A stretch of 64,000 bases of DNA, taken from assembly GCA_965263355.1 (NCBI GenBank), contig CBDHHL010000032.1, positions 1,408,001 to 1,472,000 of the forward strand, given 5' to 3'. A program made the position numbers and the translations under genes. Origin of the DNA: Leptolyngbyaceae cyanobacterium. GTDB taxonomy: Bacteria > Cyanobacteriota > Cyanobacteriia > Phormidesmidales > Phormidesmidaceae. Below the pieces are notes generated by a model, which worked only from the letters and a program-made list of their open reading frames with translations, did no database searches and was not told where the DNA came from. Of the stretch, positions 57,622-64,000 are shown piece by piece. Within the stretch, counting starts at the first letter, position 1; the number at the start of each line of letters is the position of its first letter.

Positions 57622-58083
57622 TTAAAATTGAGACCATTGGCCAATCTTAAAGCTTGTTTGACTGTGGTGATTAAAGCCACTGATACAGTTGTGGGTAGAT
57701 GAATTGCCATCTAGGCGAAACTCATCCTCAAGAGCTTTTGCATTGATATGAAAGCCTCTGAAAAGATTACGCTGGCATTCAGCATCCATAGTAATAAGAT
57801 AGATTTGTTTTGGCTGTCCATTGACACCTGCATCTCTCATGTTTGGACGACTCATTTTGAGTTTTGATAGTCTAGTTTGAAAAGTTGCTACAGAGGGGGC
57901 TGTTGTTCGGCTTTCAAACACACAATCGGTGCAGCCGTACAACTCAATGCCGTTACCGAGCAAATCGCTACCATCTCTAATATCAGAAGCCGTGTCTGGA
58001 TAGAATAGAGCATTGCCGTTCGAGTCTTTTTGCCCAGTTGGCACGGGAGTTGGTGTGCCAATGCCAATTTTTCGAAATGTCAT
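57622..58083 (-). CDS. Hypothetical protein, possibly a gene fragment
   Basis: 153-aa ORF; the reading frame extends upstream without a start to a stop near 58165; no recognisable motif. Confidence 0.3.
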   Translation of the reverse strand: MTFRKIGIGTPTPVPTGQKDSNGNALFYPDTASDIRDGSDLLGNGIELYGCTDCVFESRTTAPSVATFQTRLSKLKMSRPNMRDAGVNGQPKQIYLITMDAECQRNLFRGFHINAKALEDEFRLDGNSSTHNCISGFNHHSQTSFKIGQWSQF

Positions 58084-58402
58084 GCCATGGCAGTTTCTGA
58101 GTCGATAGATGGGCTTTTCTGCAGTTCCTTCGTTAGCATGTATTATCTCTAGCTCGGAATAGTATTAAGCAATTGCAAAGGAAACCTTGTTTGGATTCAG
58201 CTGATTTTTCTGGTCCCTTTTAGGAGTTTGGTATTGGAATTGCGATCGCATCTATGCCGATTTTATTTTGCGATCGCACCCACCTAACTGGCTGTTATGC
58301 TCAGCTTAATTTGTAACACCTCACAAAATTTCCAGGGAGGGAGTCAAAAAAACAGCAAAGGTCATCTATAACCAAAGCCTTTAGTGAAAGACAGTATTCA
58401 AG

Positions 58403-60475
58403 TTAGAGAGTTATGTCTGGTGCAAACAAGCTTTGAAGTCTTAGCAGTTGTGCACCTCTTAAATACAACAAATCCCCCTTACCCAGCAGGTTGACTGCAT
58501 CTCCTTGCTTACCACCTAGGATAATCGCTGAATCAGCATCGCTTGCTGTTCTCAGGGCAACTCGTCCAGGCAAATTGGAACGAATCAGCGGGGTAACCAC
58601 CTGGGCATCGGGTCGTTGGGTAGCAATGATGAGATGAATGCCAGCAGCACGGGCCATGGCTCCCAGACGTTTGATGCTTTGTTCTATGGCAGTGCGGCTT
58701 TCTTTTTCTGCCATAAAGTCGGCATATTCATCAAAAATGCAAACAATTCGAGATATGGGGCTGCTGACCTTCTGATTGTAGCGAGTCAAATCTGTACAGC
58801 GGCTCTGCTCAAATCGTTGGTAGCGGCGATCCATCTCATTCATCAAAGTCTCCATCAAAGAGATCGCACCTTCGGTATCTTTTACAATGGGCTGTAATAA
58901 CCAGGGATTGGCTTCAAATTCGGGAAATGTGACGCGTTTGGGATCTACCAGCGCAATTTGTAAATGATCTGGAGAGTGGCGCTTTAGTAGACTTAGGAGG
59001 AGCGATCTCAAAAATTCACTTTTACCACTGCCGGTCGTCCCACCCACTAAAAAATGACAGGTATTGGGATCTGATAAATCTGCTTCAACTAAGTTACCTT
59101 CCAAATTAACACCAATAGCAATTTTGACCGGATCAGTAGGTGTCAGAGCCTGAGGCTGAATATATTGGTCAAACAGGGCAGACTGACGATCTGGGCGAGG
59201 TAAATCAACACTGACATAGCCTGCCTGGGGCGCAATCATTGGCGGAGCTTCCAGACCGAGCTGTACCCGTAAATCATCGGTCAGGCGCAGGATAGAATTC
59301 ACTTTCACACCCAGCTGCGGTTTGAGTTTGACTCGCAAGAAAGCAGGGGCTAAGGCAATTCCTTGTAAATCAACGCCAACGCCAAAGGATTTTAAGGTTT
59401 TTACCAGGTGCGCAGCGATCTCTTCTGATTTTTCTGGTTTTCGTGCCTTCTCTTTTGGTGTCGATGTTGGTGATGTCTTGGGAGGTCTGGGCGGCTTAAA
59501 CTCTTCAGACCTGGTCGATTTATCAGTGTTGCTAGATGTTGGTTTTTGAGAAGACGGTTCGGTTTTCTGTTTTTCTTTAGGAGCTGCTTCCGTTGCCTGG
59601 GTTTGAGGCTCAAAATAGGTTTGACACTTTTTATACTGAGGACACATATCACATAGGTCCAGCCGCAGCGTTTTCGGGGGTGGAGGGTCCTGGCCAGGAT
59701 TCCAGGCTAGCCAGTCACGGATATGCATAAGCTTTTGAGGAATCAGCTGATGTACCGTATCTTCTAGCTGAGCCCAAGGATACACCTGTTCTTGCCAATC
59801 GGGTAATACGCTATAAACTGCAGAATCGATGGGAACACCAATCTTTTCCCGCAGCATATAGCTATAGAGGGCGACTTGGGCTAGCTGAGCGGACGGATCC
59901 GGCGACTGATAGGTCTTATATTCCACCACACAGAGTCGATGATTAGCAAAGTCATACACCAGGCTGTCAAAACGTCCCTGTACTAACTGCTGGTCATTGT
60001 TGGGCAGAGTAAATGTATGTTTGACACTGAGTTCCTGGCCTAAAAATGTTTTTTGCATCACCTCCTGGGTGCTACAGGAACGACGATTGCTCACTAGTAG
60101 CTCTACCCAACGTTGAATAAGTCCCTTCAGGCCTTGCCAGAGCTGATGAAGTGCCTGGGCTTTATCGGGTTTCTCAGCAATAGTTTGCTGGAGATAGGGA
60201 AAAAAGATTATTTGGTAAAGTCGTTGTTCAAAGTTTTGTGCGATCGCTACACTATCCAGTTGTTCTGGATCCGCTGCTAACAATGTTTCAAATTCCAGAT
60301 CAGACCGCAGCTGTCGTACAAATTGCTCAGAAAGCTGGTGGAATGCACTACCAATACCCAGAGTCTTCCCTGGTGGTAAAAACATAGTCATCCCACCAAA
60401 ATGATGGCCTAAATAGAGCAAACGGGGGCACTCAAAGGCAATTCGAACTTTACTAACACTCAAAGAAGAAGTCAT
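58403..60475 (-). CDS. Cas4/RecB-like PD-(D/E)XK nuclease fused to FtsK/SpoIIIE translocase
   Basis: N-terminal FECPR, GRFD...VVEYK, QLAQVALY, CDMCPQYKKC. FtsK alpha region, Walker A GGTTGSGKS, LVDPK, IFDEYAD, ARAAGIHLIIATQRP, LLGKGD. ATG 60475 overlaps the upstream stop (ATGA). Confidence 0.9.
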   Translation of the reverse strand: MTSSLSVSKVRIAFECPRLLYLGHHFGGMTMFLPPGKTLGIGSAFHQLSEQFVRQLRSDLEFETLLAADPEQLDSVAIAQNFEQRLYQIIFFPYLQQTIAEKPDKAQALHQLWQGLKGLIQRWVELLVSNRRSCSTQEVMQKTFLGQELSVKHTFTLPNNDQQLVQGRFDSLVYDFANHRLCVVEYKTYQSPDPSAQLAQVALYSYMLREKIGVPIDSAVYSVLPDWQEQVYPWAQLEDTVHQLIPQKLMHIRDWLAWNPGQDPPPPKTLRLDLCDMCPQYKKCQTYFEPQTQATEAAPKEKQKTEPSSQKPTSSNTDKSTRSEEFKPPRPPKTSPTSTPKEKARKPEKSEEIAAHLVKTLKSFGVGVDLQGIALAPAFLRVKLKPQLGVKVNSILRLTDDLRVQLGLEAPPMIAPQAGYVSVDLPRPDRQSALFDQYIQPQALTPTDPVKIAIGVNLEGNLVEADLSDPNTCHFLVGGTTGSGKSEFLRSLLLSLLKRHSPDHLQIALVDPKRVTFPEFEANPWLLQPIVKDTEGAISLMETLMNEMDRRYQRFEQSRCTDLTRYNQKVSSPISRIVCIFDEYADFMAEKESRTAIEQSIKRLGAMARAAGIHLIIATQRPDAQVVTPLIRSNLPGRVALRTASDADSAIILGGKQGDAVNLLGKGDLLYLRGAQLLRLQSLFAPDITL

Positions 60476-62463
60476 GCGGGGACGTAGCAAATTAACTGGG
60501 CTTCACGGCTTGCCTGGGGATCAAGCAGTTGCAGACGTTTCTGATCACAGAGGGTTTGAATTTCTTGTTCAATCTCCTGCTCCTTAATATTAGAGAACTG
60601 TTGCCGTGTTGTTTCAATTAATACCAGCAGTCCAATAAAGGATTGTGTTGCCATCAGGTTAACAATATAATCTGCTACGGCTTGGCTGGGGGGTGTAGGT
60701 TCCAAGTCACCTTCCACAATCTGTAATTTTTGCAATAGGGGACACTGATCTAACACCCCTGATTCTCGCACAACAGCCTGCAAGTCTTTCAGATGAGGTG
60801 TTTGATCACCCAGCACTAGCTCGCCAGCGCGGGCGGCACTGGCAAGCTGATGATAGGTTTCCAAATATTGCACCGAGAGTAAATCGGGCTGAAAATGGGC
60901 ATAGGATGCTTTACCATTAAATATCTGATAATAGATTTGATTTCCTTTGGTTTTTGACTTGCCTGTGCCAGCGGCACGAATTAAATAAAGGCAATCACAA
61001 ATGTCTTTATCAATTGCTTTCTGACAGGCTTTCATCACATGAAAGAATGTGTTCATGTTTGGGTCTTCATTCCAAACGATACCCATTTTCAATTTTTTGT
61101 GTCGATGTGAGAGAGAGTAAGATGCATATTTACTACCTTGCAAAAACTGAGTTTCTATTTGGGAGACCTCCAGAGCCTCTAATACCTGACGTAGCCGCCA
61201 GATCAATTCTGGAGAAGTAAACTGGCCAATTCGTGTTACAGCTTTTTGGTTTGCCTGAAATTCTTTATCCCAAATCAGTTGAAAGCTAGGTTTTAGAGCT
61301 GGTGGCGGTGACGGTGACGGTGGCGGTGGCGAAACTGATTTATCGGGAAGTTTACTGTACTGCTTATAGTGGGTAATTAATCTTCGACCCAGATCTAGCG
61401 CTGTACGGGGTAAAGTGCGTTTTCCAGGAAATGCGTGAGCAAGCCAGTCGTGACTAAGGGGAGCAATCTCAGTTTCCGGCGTTGGTGTGACCTGAGCATG
61501 TAGAGGTGCTAACCGACTTGCCCACAATGCTTCTGCTTGATCCAAATTAATTCGTTTAAGCCGCAAGATGTCATTGATGCGTGCCTCGTCTGCTGGTTGA
61601 ATCTGTTTACGATATTCGCGCCAGGTACCTGTCACAATACTGATAAGTACTAAAAAATTATGCAGATTTTCATTATGAATTGTGGTGTTTAGATGGAATA
61701 ACCGCTGCAGATCGGGTTTATTATTGGCTAGCCTGGGAATACTATCTAAGTTGTCAAAACATAGAACAATCGGCTGAGTAGAAGTGGCAATGCGCCCAAT
61801 GTTATTGAGTATCTTTTGCGCGGCGTCTTCAGAATCGATCGGCTGCTTTACTCGCAGTGTTTTAAGCTCTTCTTTGTCCAGGTTATCGCCTTTTAACCAG
61901 GCATAGGCCAGAATACGCAGCTCAGGATTGGTGGCCAAGTCATAAAGTACGCCGAAAAACTCCCTGCCGTTATATACAACTGGGAAGCTGGCATGTAAAT
62001 CTTGAATAAACTTTCCTCGTTCCCCTAGCACCCATTTAGCCAAGCTACGCTGATGCAGACTAGATATCCCCTTAAGCCAGAGCAACATCTGTGATTCCGA
62101 TTGCCCTTCGGGCACTTTAACCAGGCTATCGACCACATTACGTAACGTATGCCGCCAGAGATAGTTACTATCGGGCCAGGGGCCGATGTAGGCAAAAAAA
62201 GCGTTATCGTTGAGCTGCCGCTTTAGACGTCCGAGAAGATAGCTTTTGCCTGCACCTGAATCACCCGTCAATAAAAGTGTTTGAGTTTTGTGATCCGTGC
62301 TAATTTGTTGGAGAGTATGACTTATGGCGTCCAGAATTTCTCCATGGATAGTGTCAACTTCCATGACTGTGTTTTGGCTTTCCTGCCAAAAATTACCAGG
62401 TCGGAAGCTACTCCGATCAAAAGGGTTTAACTGACGCTGAATAATCTGTTGAAGCGAAGTCAC
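60472..62463 (-). CDS. P-loop ATPase (AAA+/STAND-like; RcaG-like by position)
   Basis: Walker A GDSGAGKS, Walker B VLCFDNLD, Pro-rich linker, C-terminal helical/wHTH-like region. Confidence 0.8.
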   Translation of the reverse strand: MTSLQQIIQRQLNPFDRSSFRPGNFWQESQNTVMEVDTIHGEILDAISHTLQQISTDHKTQTLLLTGDSGAGKSYLLGRLKRQLNDNAFFAYIGPWPDSNYLWRHTLRNVVDSLVKVPEGQSESQMLLWLKGISSLHQRSLAKWVLGERGKFIQDLHASFPVVYNGREFFGVLYDLATNPELRILAYAWLKGDNLDKEELKTLRVKQPIDSEDAAQKILNNIGRIATSTQPIVLCFDNLDSIPRLANNKPDLQRLFHLNTTIHNENLHNFLVLISIVTGTWREYRKQIQPADEARINDILRLKRINLDQAEALWASRLAPLHAQVTPTPETEIAPLSHDWLAHAFPGKRTLPRTALDLGRRLITHYKQYSKLPDKSVSPPPPSPSPPPALKPSFQLIWDKEFQANQKAVTRIGQFTSPELIWRLRQVLEALEVSQIETQFLQGSKYASYSLSHRHKKLKMGIVWNEDPNMNTFFHVMKACQKAIDKDICDCLYLIRAAGTGKSKTKGNQIYYQIFNGKASYAHFQPDLLSVQYLETYHQLASAARAGELVLGDQTPHLKDLQAVVRESGVLDQCPLLQKLQIVEGDLEPTPPSQAVADYIVNLMATQSFIGLLVLIETTRQQFSNIKEQEIEQEIQTLCDQKRLQLLDPQASREAQLICYVPA

Positions 62464-62506
62464 TGTTTTTGATCTACTTTTTTAACAACGTAATATTATT
62501 TTCTAT

Positions 62507-63442
62507 TCACTCGATTACACTGATATAGAACAAAGCACCGCCGATTGGTTGGGAAATCCCTGCTGCTGCTTGTTCTTCACTGTATTCAATAACATCTTGT
62601 AGGGTGCTGAATTCAATTAGATCCTGACTTTGTAATTCAAACAAGATTTTGTCTAAACCATTTCGGTCGAGGGGCGGCTGTAACTTTTCTCGCAAATGAA
62701 AGATTGGTAGAAAATTGTCCGTATCTAATTGTTGATCCAGTATTCTAATAGTTTCTAGCACCGACTCTGGCGATATATCACTAACGTTGGCAATGATCTG
62801 AGAAGGTGCTAAATATTGTTTCTCTGTTAAACCAGATTGGTTTTTAGGAAAAATTTCAGCTATTTCAGACTTACCTAAAAACTGTCGTAGAAAAGATAGG
62901 TAGTTGCCCAACAGTGCAAACTTTAGATCAGCTCTAGGTTGAGTTGGCATATAGTCATGTAAGAGATAGCGAATGCCATCTTGGGTTAACCAGACATCTT
63001 TGATCTGATCTTTAGTGATCTGAATCAACCCTTGAGCATCAAGTTCATAAAGCAATCGGTGTCGATCTTCCGCTGGTACCTTCTTAGCTTGACTAGGTGT
63101 AGTATAGGATTTAGCTTGCGCTGCTTTTTGCAGTAGTTCTAACTTATGCGGAGATAAGGTTATAGATAACTGCTCGGGGTCTGAATTCAGCAAACTTTTA
63201 CCAGGTGGTTCTATCCGATATCGTTGTACTTCGTTTGCATACCCTATCAACCCCTTAGCACAGAGGCTCTCGCATGCTTTATTCCGTTTTGATGTATTGC
63301 CTACTTCAATTTTACTGATACGAGTTCGATAGTCTGGGATATTTCCCAACAACCGCAGCAAAAATTTTAATTCTATAGATTCTAATTTGAGCGAAGATAG
63401 ATCCATAGGATTTATGGTTTCGATAGCAATAGAACATTTCAA
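62507..63442 (-). CDS. rcaD: RcaD-like DNA-binding protein (winged-helix repeats)
   Basis: ELKFLLRLLG..DYR, DVWLTQDG..YL, C-terminal DNFLPIFHLREKLQPPL.R..LD..L..LQ..D.IE.STLQ...GI.Q..GG.LF resemble, from memory, proteins annotated RcaD. The start may be ATG 63406. Confidence 0.6.
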   Translation of the reverse strand: MKCSIAIETINPMDLSSLKLESIELKFLLRLLGNIPDYRTRISKIEVGNTSKRNKACESLCAKGLIGYANEVQRYRIEPPGKSLLNSDPEQLSITLSPHKLELLQKAAQAKSYTTPSQAKKVPAEDRHRLLYELDAQGLIQITKDQIKDVWLTQDGIRYLLHDYMPTQPRADLKFALLGNYLSFLRQFLGKSEIAEIFPKNQSGLTEKQYLAPSQIIANVSDISPESVLETIRILDQQLDTDNFLPIFHLREKLQPPLDRNGLDKILFELQSQDLIEFSTLQDVIEYSEEQAAAGISQPIGGALFYISVIE

Positions 63443-63684
63443 TCAGCATAAAAAAATTAGAACTTCATAAATAGAAGGACTATTGCTTCTTGTATGAACT
63501 GATTATTCCCTATAGTTTATGAAGGTAGCTCAAACACGTCGAGGCTTCTTTATAAAAGCTATAAGATCTTGCGATAGTTCCATCTTTATGCGTCAAAGTC
63601 AAGCATTCATGGTAGCTGCTGTTTCAGCGTCATAGCCCATTCGGACGTCCCCAAATGGCTAAAGTAAGAAAAACCTCGTAAACG

Positions 63685-64000
63685 ATGGTCTACAGTGACT
63701 TTACAATCAATGCTATTAAAAGGCAGTTTGGGGTGGAGCTGATTGAAGATCAGGCGTTGTTTGCTAATGTTGAGTCCCAGATGCCGCCCCAGTGGTTATC
63801 GGACTTTTTAGAGATGCACCTACCCCTAGCTAACGCCATTGGCACAGAGAAAGCCAAGTCAGAATTTATTGTAGCTCCGATTTTATCGGCTGCTCGGGAG
63901 TTGTTAGAACGCCAGATTAGTTTGTTCTCTGGAATTGAGTTTACGGTGGATAAGGAGTAGGGGCTAACCGGACACTGTGATTAGATTCTTAGTCGGTCGC
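63685..64000 (+). pseudogene. Cyanobacterial restriction-endonuclease-like hypothetical family member with in-frame stops (runs off window)
   Basis: MVYSDFT...TEKAKSEFIVAPIL...SLFSGIEFTVDKE*GLTGHCD*ILSRS: family-like sequence continues through two TAG codons. Confidence 0.7.

Larger units (their letters stand above)
378..60247. repeat. HIP1 octamers (GCGATCGC) dispersed through the window
   Basis: Seen at 378, 10011, 13820, 17100, 25341, 28686, 33004, 35626, 36907, 40148, 45402, 47550, 48688, 50722, 53445, 54883, 58242, 58270, 60240 (manual count, may be incomplete). Confidence 0.9.

Noticed and set aside
59600..60475. CRISPR-associated cas4
   Set aside because: Cas4-like fold only; it is fused to FtsK, with no cas1/cas2 or array in the window.

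Overview
Cyanobacterial chromosomal DNA: I counted at least 19 HIP1 octamers (GCGATCGC), and ictB, Uma2 and CHAT/DUF928/CHASE2 genes are present. A filamentous lineage is inferred, not shown. The window is almost entirely accessory. (1) 1-21 kb is the right part of a biosynthetic/glycan-tailoring cluster: acyl-CoA-dehydrogenase-like protein, methyltransferase, SDR, FMN reductase, multicopper oxidase, two sulfotransferases, several fucosyltransferase-like and GT4 enzymes, a luciferase-like monooxygenase, a Cys/Met PLP enzyme and ABC/MATE/EamA exporters. (2) A decayed IS701-family element has two further relics elsewhere in the window. (3) A candidate extracellular proteolytic signalling system comprises FHA/TpsA, a secreted CHAT protease, DUF928, a small lipoprotein carrying only the DUF928 N-terminal motif, an AAA_35-CHASE2 receptor and an HTH-AAA_35 protein. 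A tail-collar + LodA/GoxA-type CTQ oxidase + LodB-type flavoprotein module interrupts it. (4) Next come a Rieske lipoprotein, an ATPase-nuclease, a broken DUF433/DUF5615 TA pair, a cytochrome c peroxidase-DAHL-PBP operon, a BMP ABC transporter with a standalone allophanate-hydrolase C-domain, and ictB. (5) A DUF350/SpeE/DUF4178 polyamine module includes a small protein ending in GGGPGSGK. (6) An RcaD-like / ATPase / Cas4-like nuclease-FtsK fusion operon lies near the right end. I saw no rRNA, tRNA or CRISPR array. All family calls come from motif recognition by eye; no searches were run.
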